A stretch of 64,000 bases of DNA from Batkoa obscura. Its lineage: Eukaryota. The position numbers were made by a program, and so were the translations under genes. Positions 22,583 through 34,011 of the stretch are shown piece by piece. Below the pieces are notes generated by a model that searched no databases, had not been told where the DNA came from, and saw only the letters and a list, made by a program, of their open reading frames with translations. The stretch lies in NCBI GenBank assembly GCA_030770535.1, contig JASVEC010000001.1, forward strand, positions 930,001-994,000, written 5' to 3'. Numbering within the stretch: position 1 is the first letter of the stretch; the number at the start of each line of letters is the position of its first letter.

Positions 22583-23257
22583 ATGTCAACGCTACCACCA
22601 GTGTATAATCAAATAAGCCAAGAAGTCAAAAGGAAAAAAAAGCATGTGATTCATTATAATGAGAATGATCAATATTTGGTAGCCAAGGATGAAGGAACTA
22701 ATGAAATTAGATATAAATTCTATACTCAAAACAATGGTAATGAATATTACTTAAAAGATGTGAATAATGATAACTTGTTAAGTTTCACTAAAGGGGATAT
22801 TATGAGTAATGAGCCTAAATTAATTATCTGTAATTACAAAGAAAAAGAGAATAATAGTTACAACTCAATGGTAGTAATTATGAATAAAACAGTCAATTTA
22901 GTATTAACTGACCATGATAACAACCAATTTGAATACGTTTTAAATGATACAAAAGAAGGCGTTGAGATTGTAGCTTTAAACTCAACATCATCATCAAAAG
23001 ACAAAGCATTGGTTGAGTTTAATACTAAAATTATTAAATTAGATGTAAATAAAATTGCTAAAGTAAAGTTCAACTTTAATTTTATTCCACTTTTAGAGCA
23101 TCTATTTATGGGGCTATTATTTATGAGGGCCAATTCCATCATTAAACAGAAATTAAAGGATATGAAAAATAGTCTAATTGAATGTAGAATTAACATTCAA
23201 GCTACAAAAGGCAATCGTTTCTTATCTGGTGAGAGTCGAAATCTTGTAAATTTTTAA
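22583..23257 (+). CDS. Palindrome-arm family protein, copy F (unrelated C-terminus)
   Basis: Matches copy E from PPVY to KQKLKD (~23162), then unrelated sequence. Confidence 0.8.
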   Translation: MSTLPPVYNQISQEVKRKKKHVIHYNENDQYLVAKDEGTNEIRYKFYTQNNGNEYYLKDVNNDNLLSFTKGDIMSNEPKLIICNYKEKENNSYNSMVVIMNKTVNLVLTDHDNNQFEYVLNDTKEGVEIVALNSTSSSKDKALVEFNTKIIKLDVNKIAKVKFNFNFIPLLEHLFMGLLFMRANSIIKQKLKDMKNSLIECRINIQATKGNRFLSGESRNLVNF

Positions 23258-24039
23258 ATACCAATAAACGTAAAGCTTTTTAATATATACTTGTTTTTAT
23301 ATTTTATTTTTATATTTTATTTTTATATTTTATTTAGTATAAAATCCGTGCATTATATATTTAAAAAATATAAGAGTCTACGATATAAATAATAAAGATA
23401 TCTTATTAGCTATAAATGAGGGAAGTTGTAATAGAATTTGATTAGTTTAATATATGTTTCTTAATATCAAATCCTATCAAAACATCAATAGAATTAAGTC
23501 CTGAGACGCACTTGATTATATGATCAAAATCTTTAGTTCAATTGAGGCCAATTATATATTACAATGTCATTGAGGTTGAATTATTTTAAAAAATCAGAAT
23601 TACTTATGAAATATAGTAAACATGTTAGTAAAAGGATTAGACAATAACTACTACTAGTACTAATATTATCTTATTATATACTTTTTAATTAAAATTTATA
23701 CTATAAGTAACTATTCTTATCTATCATACCATAATACTTTGATTTGATTTTAGTAAAGATAAAGCGTATTTTTATATTGATAAATTATTAAACTTCATCC
23801 CTTATTCTTGATAAATCTTGTAAATTGAACTAGATACGTTATACGCCGATCTATATTGTTAACTAGTGATAATTAAGATTAATAACTTAATGTCGAATAT
23901 ATTTAAAGTAACAATTACAAATAGCTCACATATTAATTAATAAAAAGCGAACTAAATAAACTTAAGATTTATAAAATAACAAAACAAAGGTAAATAGGTA
24001 TATAGGTACAAGACAATTCTTTAAACCAGTCATTAGAAG

Positions 24040-24564
24040 ATGAATGAATTTTTATTAAAAGTCATCACTTTAGCTTATACTACTATTATTTCTTCCCTTC
24101 CAGCATTAAGCAACACTCACTTAACCAAATAATACTTTAATTATTTCTCACCTTACTATGAATATAATACTAGTTATAATAACTTTAATACCGGATTCAA
24201 TAGCTTTAACAATGGATTTAATGGCTTCAATAACTTCAATGACGGTTATAATGGATTGAATTCTTTTTCTCCACGTTTTAATTTTTTTAGCTTCCCAATT
24301 GCAGTCAACAACAATACTATAAACACTAATGCCAACAACTTTAATGCATATGAATTTAATCATAAAAATAAGTTGCCATATTTGATGATAATATACAGGG
24401 ATGTATTTTTATGTTTAAGAATTTTACCAACAATCTTTCCACTCAAATAGCGCTTAAAAAATGGAAAAAGTAATGAAATCAAAAAAAACATCCTCATACA
24501 TAGTAAAGCTTTTAATAATAATATCAATAATATCAATAGTTGTAATAATGCAACTATTATCTAA
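24040..24564 (+). pseudogene. Small secreted Asn/Phe-rich protein pseudogene, copy 2
   Basis: MNEFLLKVITLAYTTIISSLPALSNTHLTK* ... NTNANNFNAYEFNHK, then a MITE at 24396. Confidence 0.7.
24396..24496 (+). mobile_element. MITE family 1 copy inside a pseudogene
   Basis: TA|CAGGGATGT...CATCCTCA|TA. Confidence 0.9.
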
Positions 24565-25352
24565 GTTTATGGTAATATTTAGAATAAATACTGTATAACT
24601 TTATTTAATTATTTTCATGATGTATACCTCTTTTAATATATTTATAAGTACCCGAGTATTATAAACACTTTACTCTATTCGAATTATAATTAGTAAATGT
24701 TTTATTTAGTTTTAGTTTTAGTTTTAGTTTTAGTTTTTTTAATCAGCCCAATACTAAATCAATTTATAAATAATCGTAACAACCAAGGTAACTAATAACT
24801 TTATTTATAAAGTATTTCATATTCATATAAAAATTAATTGCTATAGTTTCTAGTCAACTTTTAGCTCAGTGATGATTTTAATTTTATTATAATACATTGA
24901 TGTTGTAGTAATTTAATAACAATAAGTCTATAGAACTAATATTTTTAAACACTATTCTTAGTATTAGTTTATAATGCTACCAAAGGAATACTTGTTTATT
25001 ATTTATAGATTATTACATTTAAAAAAGATAAAAAACTCAATCAAAAGCAAGTTTTGATCATTGAATTAAATTTTATCACTCTTATCATTATATTTTCATT
25101 GTCAATATCTCGATCTACATTAACATTTTAATATTTTACTTGATTGTACCTTTAATTATAAATTACTACATCTAATTGAATAATATTAAATAAAGTAATA
25201 AAGATAGAAATAAAGCCAGAATATTATAAACAAATTGAATAAAATATTAATCAAACTATAAAACATAAACTTTATTCTTCTTCATAATAAAACTTAGAGC
25301 TTAACTTAATGTCTTGATCATCTAGATAATCTCCAAGGCTCCAACCAATTAT

Positions 25353-26403
25353 TTAATGACGACGATAATTATAATCATACTCGTAATCACCATATTCATT
25401 ACCATCTTCATACTCACCATAAGGGTCTTCATAAGTAAGCGTAGACTCTTTAGGCTTGGTTGAAGTTGTAGAGGCTACTGGTTTAGTTGAAGTGGAAGTA
25501 GACATTGGGTATAGGTAGAAGCACTTGATGATGGTGTAAAGGTAGGTACTATTCGAGAAGTTGATTTAGGACTAGAAACTGATACTGAATTTTTATTTAC
25601 ATTAGTAGTAGAACTGGTGGAAGTAAACACTGCAACGGTTGAGCTTAAATCTTGACTTGTGCTATTATTAGTAAAGCTTTCAACTGGGGTACTATTACTA
25701 GTTTCTACTGGCGGAGTTGAACTCGATCCTTGGTTTTGAGTAGATGAACTTGAATTTTCGACTGGAGTACTAATATTAGTTTCCACAGATAGAGTTGAGC
25801 TAGATCCACTAACTAGGTTGCTACTAGTAAAAGCTTCTACTGGAGTAGATGAGCTTGAAACTTTGTAAACTTGAGTACTGTTAGTACTTTCTACTGGTAA
25901 AGTTGAGCTAGACCCTCCAGCTGGGGTGCTACTAGTAGTCTCTACTGGCGAAATTGAACTTGATCCCACGCCTGGAGTACTGTTATTACTTCCTACTGGC
26001 ATAGTTGAGCTTGATCCTTGGTTTGAAGTATTATTAGTAGAAGACTCTACTGGGGTACTATCAGTAGTTATCTCTACATGTGGAGTTGAACTTGACCCTT
26101 GGTTTGGGGTACCATTAGTAGTAGTTCCTATTGGTGGAGCTGAGCTGGGTTCCCCAACTGGAGTACTGTTAGTAGCAGTACAGAATGGTATAGATTCAGT
26201 TACTGTTCCATCGGCACCTGAGAAACTAATGTATGTTTCAGATCCCGATGCAGCAATAGCATCTGCCTTGGTAACAATGCTTATAACTGTTTGGATTTGC
26301 GTTTATACTCTAGTTATTGTTTTACTTTTGCTGGACACCTGTCATAATAAGCAGCAGGAACTGAGTAGGCCAAAATAAGAGCAATTATCACGTTATATTT
26401 CAT
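25353..26403 (-). pseudogene. Secreted Ser/Thr/Pro-rich (mucin-like) protein, disrupted
   Basis: MKYNVIIALILAYSVPAAYY signal-like start; frameshift and TAA near 26315; SSSTPVE-type repeats; second frameshift near 25500; acidic Tyr-rich tail ending YRRH*. Confidence 0.7.
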
Positions 26404-27720
26404 TATAGTATATTAAAGTTAACTTAATTTTAATGGTATATTAATCAATGACAAACGTGATGTTTTTTACTATTTAATTTTGGTTTTTTTCTTATTATAT
26501 ATGCTTTATAACTACAACTCTGCTAAGTCTTTTTTTCAAGAATCAACTAATTTAAGTTCAACATATCATTGTTTTGGGGTATTTTAATTTAATATGACTT
26601 GTGAATTGAACTAGCTGTTTTTACAAATAATTATAACACTTAAATATTATGCTTCTATTTATCACTACCAAAAAACAGCCTAATTGAATGGATTAATTTG
26701 TTCTATATTGGGCAATTTAAGTTCGGATTTAAATAGATTGAGTAATTAATACTACATTGACTTTATAAAATTAATCTTAAATATACTACACATGTTATAT
26801 GTTAATTTGACTCAATCAAATACCACGACTTGCATCATATTTTAAACAATAGAATAAGACCCTCTGCCTTGGTTTCCAAATATTAGGACAATGATATTTT
26901 TGCATATTACAGATATATTACCATTTCAAAGGATTGAGTATGTTGTCATATTCCTTTAATCAAAACTCGAACATTGATTAAATATAATAAACATAAAATA
27001 AATAGTAACAAATAAATAATATGTTTTATTAGTTACAATAACCCCATTCATTTCAAAAATATTTAATGTTCTACAATTTTCTAATAAATAGAGACCGCCT
27101 TAGCTCTTATGAATTATACTTTATTAGTATTGTCCTTTGTTTACAGATTTATTCGATTAGAAGAAAATTCTGAAATAATTTTAATACAATATAACATTGC
27201 GAATTGCACCATTTACACTACTTGATTAAGTATTATATTATTGATAGACTTTATTTCTATGAAACAACTATTAAAATTCATGTAAGTGGTTACCAGTTTG
27301 AAAAGTAATGTTTTAATTAAAATAAGCCTTTTTTATAACCAAACGACTTTTAACAAACTTTTATAAAACTAAACCTAATATTAAGTTCCAGAATAGAGCT
27401 TTGCCCTAAAAATAGCTATTGAAAATACAACCAAAAAGTAAAAAATCGCCTTAATGATACAAATTTAGTTATATTGTATATATTCCATTATTGTTATTAT
27501 CTATTTTTAATCCATTCCTCAATCTTTTAAGAATTATTACCTGACTTGACCATTTATTTATAGAATAAATCTACCGAACTATAGCTCACAAGCAGTGTAT
27601 ACTAGAAACATATCTATCGAGCCAAGGATTAGTAATATTATTGCTTTTATTTAACGTTTAAGTAATAGTATATACGAGTGCTTTTCTATTAAATTTTCAA
27701 ATACAAATTAAAAATCAATA

Positions 27721-27812
27721 TGAGGATGTTTTTTTTAGTTTCATCACTTTTTAAGCGCTATTTAAGCGGAAAGATTATTAGTAAAATTCTTAAACAAAAA
27801 AATACATCCTCA
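27721..27812 (-). mobile_element. MITE family 1 copy
   Basis: Consensus match, small deletion. Confidence 0.85.
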
Positions 27813-28965
27813 CTTACTAAAAAGTACCTACTATTAAATACTACAGCTTTTAATTAAATGTTAAATTTTTAAACTTCCTACAAAGGTAACAGTGATGTTT
27901 TTTTATTCATATATCATAGGTGGAAACTTTATAAATATGTTATTTTTTACATAAAGAACATTAATATTTAGCTAGTACTTTCGAGTTGATTTTATGCTTA
28001 GCATTTAGACTAAATTATAAAAAACTGTTCTTATTATTTTATATCGCTGTGGATAAAATAGTTCATTTTGAAAAATATGTTAGTATTCGAATATAAATTT
28101 TAAGTTTGAATATTAAATATAATGTATCATGTAATTTTTTTATTTCTGTTTAACTTTATTAAATTTAACTTTATTGATAAAATTTTAGTGAAATTTTGAA
28201 TCTTTTATCAGGTATAGCTAATAAATAAATAAAATTCTGAAAGTCATAGTATATTCTTTTTATAGAACATTTTGTATTACTAAATTTTTAATTACTTAAT
28301 AACCTTTTGTTTACTTTTATAAACTTTTTAAATTCAATTTTCTTATAAACTTAAAATTAAAGATTTATCATTGTTACTTTTTTTTTAAATGATATTTTTG
28401 GCTTCAGTAATAATGACTATAATACTTCGTATTATTTTAAATAAAGTTGGCTATAAACCTTTTTTATAATAAAGCCGTAACTTTTATAGTGATCATCGTA
28501 TTTGTTTATTTTACTAAAGTTAAAATGCATTAAGAAGTGTTATTTTCCATTATATAACTCAATGTGATGGCCTAAATTCAATAAGTAATTATTTATTTTT
28601 ATTTATTCATGATAAATATATTTTTATAATGCTAATATGTTAAGTTATTTCTCATAGTGTTTACTTTTGCTTTAAAAGTTATTTGAAACATCATTAAGTA
28701 AAATAAAATATAAATCGTATTATAGACTGAAAATTGGTGATATTGGAGTTTAGTAAACTTGGTATAATTAGAAAATCAGATCTTTAGATGATCCAAAATA
28801 GGAAATAAATATTTAATGAGAAATGATATTAATTATTCTTGAATATAAAGTCAGAAATATGACTTTATTGGTCTGGGACGTATTTTAAAAAAAATAACCA
28901 TAAAACTAGTCTAATACAAAAATAACAAGTTTGCTGATTATCTTTTCTTTTACTTCTTAACTATC

Positions 28966-29898
28966 ATGAGAGAACTAGTCATACCTCCTGCTTATAACCC
29001 AACCACTTCACTAGCCGCAATAGCCGTAATATTTAGTGTTAGTCTTTTATCCTTTTTTACCAACTGTATTGTATTGTATTTGGCTTATAGATTAAAAGAT
29101 AGATTACACAACTTAAGTTACCAAATCACTTTAGCACTAACATTAACGGATTTATCATCCTCGATATCCGTATTCTTTATGTTTATTTTCCATATGATAT
29201 TTGGGTATGAGTATGTTTTTAATAGTTCATTTTATTGTCCAGTTTTCGGTGCTGTGATGGGGGTAGCCGCAGGGATATCTGGAGTGCTTATTGCATCCTT
29301 AGCCTTTGAAAGGTATATGCTTGTTTGTCATGGTAGGCAACTTCCATCTATCATTTCATGGATTATATTCTCTACCTTCTTTTTAGTATTAATTTCTAGC
29401 TCTATGATAAGCTCTATTTATAATGATTTTATTCCTGACCCAACTTACTCATACTGTTTTCCAATGAATTCTATATCTGCAGATATTGAAAATATAGTTA
29501 TTAGAATCGCTTTTATTGGGTCTTTATTAGTATTAACATATTGCTATATCGCTATTTTTATCAGATGCTATAAATGGACTATTGCTAAACATAGCGATGA
29601 CAGCAAATCTCATGAAGAAGCTAGGATGGGTAAATCAATTGCATTACAAGCATTATTATTTTTGATTGTATACTACTTGTGCTTTATTCCAAAGCTTCTG
29701 GTTTACTTCTTTAAACTTGCATTGGGTAAAGAGCATCCAATTGTTCTGGATATTTTAGCACCAGCTGGTATTGCATTTGCTTTTGTTTTAAACCCTGCTA
29801 TGGTAATATTTTTGAATAGACATTTTAGAAAAGAGATTGGTATCGTTACTAACACCTTGGCTGGACGAAAGAAATTAGAAAACTTTGACCTTCTATAA
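28966..29898 (+). CDS. Seven-transmembrane, family A GPCR-like protein
   Basis: Seven hydrophobic segments, TM1 N, TM2 LxxxD, TM3 Cys and LAFERY, extracellular loop 2 Cys, TM7 LNP. Confidence 0.85.
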   Translation: MRELVIPPAYNPTTSLAAIAVIFSVSLLSFFTNCIVLYLAYRLKDRLHNLSYQITLALTLTDLSSSISVFFMFIFHMIFGYEYVFNSSFYCPVFGAVMGVAAGISGVLIASLAFERYMLVCHGRQLPSIISWIIFSTFFLVLISSSMISSIYNDFIPDPTYSYCFPMNSISADIENIVIRIAFIGSLLVLTYCYIAIFIRCYKWTIAKHSDDSKSHEEARMGKSIALQALLFLIVYYLCFIPKLLVYFFKLALGKEHPIVLDILAPAGIAFAFVLNPAMVIFLNRHFRKEIGIVTNTLAGRKKLENFDLL

Positions 29899-30505
29899 GG
29901 GCTCCTTTCCTTTACGGAAAATTAGTAAATTCAATTTATTCTTAAGTTTAATACATGGTTTATTCTTTGTTATTTCAGAAAAATTTGTTATCTGTAACCC
30001 TTATTAATGAGTATTTCACAAATGCTATCAAATGGGTATTTAATTATTTAAATAGATTTTAAGGTTTCTATAAATATACACTAACTGTTATTATCTAATG
30101 CTTCTTGCACCATAAAATTTTTAATACATTAAATCATGTAAACGTCAAATGATTCTTCTCTCAACACCCTACTACAAAAATTGTGGTAGTAAAGATTGAT
30201 TGAATAAAAATAAAACAAAAATAATTACTTTAAGTTTCAATAGCGACATCTAAACACATTTCAAGAAGACTCGATATAAGAGTATGCCATAAATACTGCC
30301 CTTAACTGCATCATTCTATATGATCTATTTAGAAAAAATATTTCATACAATACAAATTATGTAAAGAATTAAAGTTCTGAAGCAAAATAGGCTATTAGGA
30401 ACATTTGGCCACATTTTTTTGGAGTGGGCATAAAAATGCTACCTAAAATAGTAACGTTACATAAAACGATAGGTGGTAAATAGTTTTTACAAAATTGTTA
30501 CAATA

Positions 30506-30605
30506 TGAGGATGTATTTTTTGTTTAAGAATTTTACTAACAATTTTTCCACTCAAATAGCGCTCAAAAATGGAAAAAGCGACGAAACCAAAAAAAAACAT
30601 CCTCA
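30506..30605 (+). mobile_element. MITE family 1 copy
   Basis: Consensus match, retains extra CpGs (AAAGCGACGAAA). Confidence 0.9.
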
Positions 30606-31677
30606 TATAATGAACATAAAAACAAACACACTTATTAAGCCAATGTAATATTTTCTTTAATTTGTTTAAAACTCATTATTAAGATCCTTGCTATGAATTA
30701 GATTTTATTTTCAATTGTGTTTGTTATTTCCTAATTTTTTGAAAGCAAAAGAAATTCAAGCGTTTATTAAATATCAGTAAATAAAAGTAGAGCAAATGGT
30801 CTCTGTATGGCAGTACATTTAGTCTAGAAGATCCAAAAAAACCTCAAATGAGTTATTTATTTTTGACCTTTTTTGTAAACTTTAACATGGAGGATATTAC
30901 AATAGAGTCATTCAAGTATTTTTGTAAAGCTGTTTCCAACCAACCATAGATAAAATTTCTTGAGGAGAAAAAAGCGTTATAATTATATCAATAAACAATT
31001 CAAATCCCAGAGGCACTGGAGAAAGACCAAATGTTTATTAGCTATTTCGTGAATCACTTATAGCATCTTTATACAGAAAGTACCCCATTTGCTGATGATG
31101 CAATTGAATAACTTAATAAATGGCTTAAATAGCAGCCTCGACAGCTACCAACCAAATTATAATAAAATCACCATTAAAAACAAATTTATAAACAAGCGGA
31201 AGTGAAAATTTGAACAAAAAATGATAATGAATAATAATGAATAATAATGATATAAAAAGTGTATCTTTATTTTTATATTTCGATTGTTTTTCGGTTGAAT
31301 TTTTATCTCAAAATGCTTATTTCACTTATTTACTTGCTATAGTTTTGTTAAGAGTCATTAAATGGCACTGTTTGAACCATTTGTTATTTATTCAGCTACA
31401 TTATTAACAGCTGGAATACTTTCTACACAAAGATGAAGTGTCAGTAAACAAAGTTGAAATCGGTGTAAATTTAAATCTATTAAGTAAAGACTTCAAATAT
31501 GTTTTAAAACATTGCTTATCTTACATTATATTAGGCCTTATATAATTATAATATTATAACATCACTTAATTAAGTTTTTTAAAGATATGGATAATGTTAA
31601 AAAACTTTAATATAAAACATCAATTTTATTTAATAAGAATTGAACTTATCTGATTGTACATATCGTTATCAAGATTT

Positions 31678-32217
31678 TTATTGGATAGGAATCTTGGTTT
31701 CTTTATCTTCTTCTTTAATATGTTTAGGAATCAATAAGCTTAATACACCATCATTTAACCCAGCTTCAATTTCTTCAATAACAATTTGTTGTTTAACTTT
31801 GAAGCTTCTTTTAAAATCCTTTCTTGAGTTACGTTCAGTAATCAACTGTTTACCATACTTAGCATTACTTGAGGTATTTATTGACTCAGGATTTTCATTC
31901 TCCTTCTGCGGGTTGTTTTCATTTTCATTCTCAACTAATACAGTAGTTTCATGTTTATTTGGTTTCTCCACGTACTCCCCTTTTAGGGTGATTGTGTTTT
32001 CCACGTTATCAAATGAGACATCTAAATTTTCTTTTTTAAATCCGGGTACTTCAGCTTCAATGATATAGTAATTGGGGTACTCGACAATATCAACGTTTGG
32101 CCATTTATCTTGCTTTAAAGCTGGTTTGCACTCACTGTTTTGGAAGTAGTATCTTACATAAGATTGGTCATCAAAAGCAGAAATACAGGCAGGTTTGGTA
32201 GCGTATACTTTAAACAT
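31678..32217 (-). CDS. Small heat shock protein (Hsp20/alpha-crystallin)
   Basis: WPNVDIVE, IEAEVPG, TER..DFKRSF, IEAGLNDGVLSLLIPK. Confidence 0.95.
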   Translation of the reverse strand: MFKVYATKPACISAFDDQSYVRYYFQNSECKPALKQDKWPNVDIVEYPNYYIIEAEVPGFKKENLDVSFDNVENTITLKGEYVEKPNKHETTVLVENENENNPQKENENPESINTSSNAKYGKQLITERNSRKDFKRSFKVKQQIVIEEIEAGLNDGVLSLLIPKHIKEEDKETKIPIQ

Positions 32218-32252
32218 TTTTATTTTATAGAAAAAACATACTAATCTGTAGC

Positions 32253-32333
32253 TCTTTATATACCTTTTAATTCGATTTTACTTCTTTTGTCCTACCTTTT
32301 ATCGATCTTTTTGAAACTGCCTAGAAACTTCTT
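32253..32333 (-). promoter_or_regulatory. Putative TATA box and heat-shock element of the Hsp20 gene
   Basis: TATATAAA on the minus strand ~40 nt upstream of ATG; AGAAACTTC (nGAAnnTTC) at ~32323-32331. Confidence 0.4.
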
Positions 32334-33230
32334 TTTTTAAATTTACGTTTGCTTGGTGTTTGTATTATTAATACAACCTTTAGTTAAGTTATTCCCAGTT
32401 ATTGTGTTTTATTATAACGTAATCACTCTTGGAAAATAACAATAAAACTTAAGCCAATTTGGTTGGTCAAAAGCCAAAAAAAATCTGAGTACTTAGAGTT
32501 AAATAAAAGTAAGGAAGCGTTTAACTAGTTAACTGATTAAAACGTATATATACGTCATGGCGTATGTCCAAGAAACCATCCAAAGACATATATATACGCC
32601 CTAGAAGGAAACCAGCTATAACTTGCTGGATACTACATGCTTAGTTGTTGTGTTTAAAGACGCTTATTACAAAGCATAAAATAAAATATTAACTTATATT
32701 TAGTTGTAGTTAAAGTGATAACTTTTTGTTTTTATTTGACTTTTTTTCTAAAAATAAGTTTCTGCAACTTTTTTACTAATATTTCCTATACACTGCTCAT
32801 AATATATAAAACTTCTCAAGCTACTACTCAAGGCAGAAGTAAAGGGGCATATAAAAATAGCCAAAAAAATAGAAAATGAGATAAAGCATTGAAAGCTAAA
32901 AAAATCTTACTTCTATAGCTTATATTTTATCACACACTATAGTAATTCAAAGCTGTAAACCATATGCCTAGTTTCATCTATGGGCTATTTTCAATATCAG
33001 ATATTATCTCAATTATTCAGTTTTAAAGTTACCATAAAGAAACTATGTCTTAGACGAAAAGTAAAAATAATATAGTATTAAAGATAATAAGAATATATCA
33101 AACAGAATGTTTACTATTAAAATATGTCTTTAAATTTTAGCGTAACATTTTCACAGCGATTTAAAAAGTGGATTATGTTTTTAAAAATAACAATTATTTT
33201 GAAATGATTATAGAATTCTTGTAAAAATAA

Positions 33231-33390
33231 AGCTGTTCAACTTTTGTTCGATCAAATCAATTGTATATTTGAGAAAAATAACTATGGTATAATACTATAA
33301 AATATAAAGATCACGCGTTGAAAAAATTTATTATATAAAAATAATCATAAAAATTACCCCTAAAAAAGTTGCAACAAGCTCTAACAGCTG
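33231..33390. mobile_element. Degenerate MITE family 2 copy
   Basis: AGCTGTT...AACAGCTG termini; internal TATTTGAGAAAAA shared with the 1532 copy. Confidence 0.4.
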
Positions 33391-34011
33391 TGCTATGAAT
33401 CTTATCAGTAGCGTTTTGTAGTATTACCAATATGAAAAATTAAGTGTAAGTAAAATTCTAATAAATAGTAAAAACAGGCGAATTTTAACATATGCCAAAA
33501 CAAAAAACTTATAATCAAAGTCAATATTATTAATTAATCTTAAATTGATGAAAGTATTATTAAGAATCTATAATGGTTATATAACGTTTATTGACAAATG
33601 AACATTGGACTTATTTGTTTAGTTTTGGCACATAGCTTAAACTGTATCTTGATTTAGGTATTATTAATATTCGTTAATATTTCATTATTTACTAAATGAA
33701 TTATTATTGCCTCAGATTTGCTTAACTAAATGTAAAGTACCATACTCATCCCGATCATTTAATAATTTAATATGATGTAAAAGTTTTAAAGCTGTTAAAT
33801 TATAAAAGGTTTAAATTAAGTTAAATATAGAAAATAATGTATTTAAAATCAGTTATCATTAGTGGACCAATCAACATAAAAAATAATAATTTTTAAGTAT
33901 ACATATTTCTAATATTTAAATAAATAATTACAAAGCTTTAATTAAGAGACTAAATAAACGGGGTACTTTGAAAGCAGATGCTTTAATAAATATTTCAATG
34001 CTTTCCTTTTA

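Noticed and set aside
30130..31200. Possible Tc1-like transposase fossil (VSVWQYI*SR-like peptide, raised GC)
   Set aside because: Too degraded to support by eye; needs tBLASTn/HMMER against DDE_3
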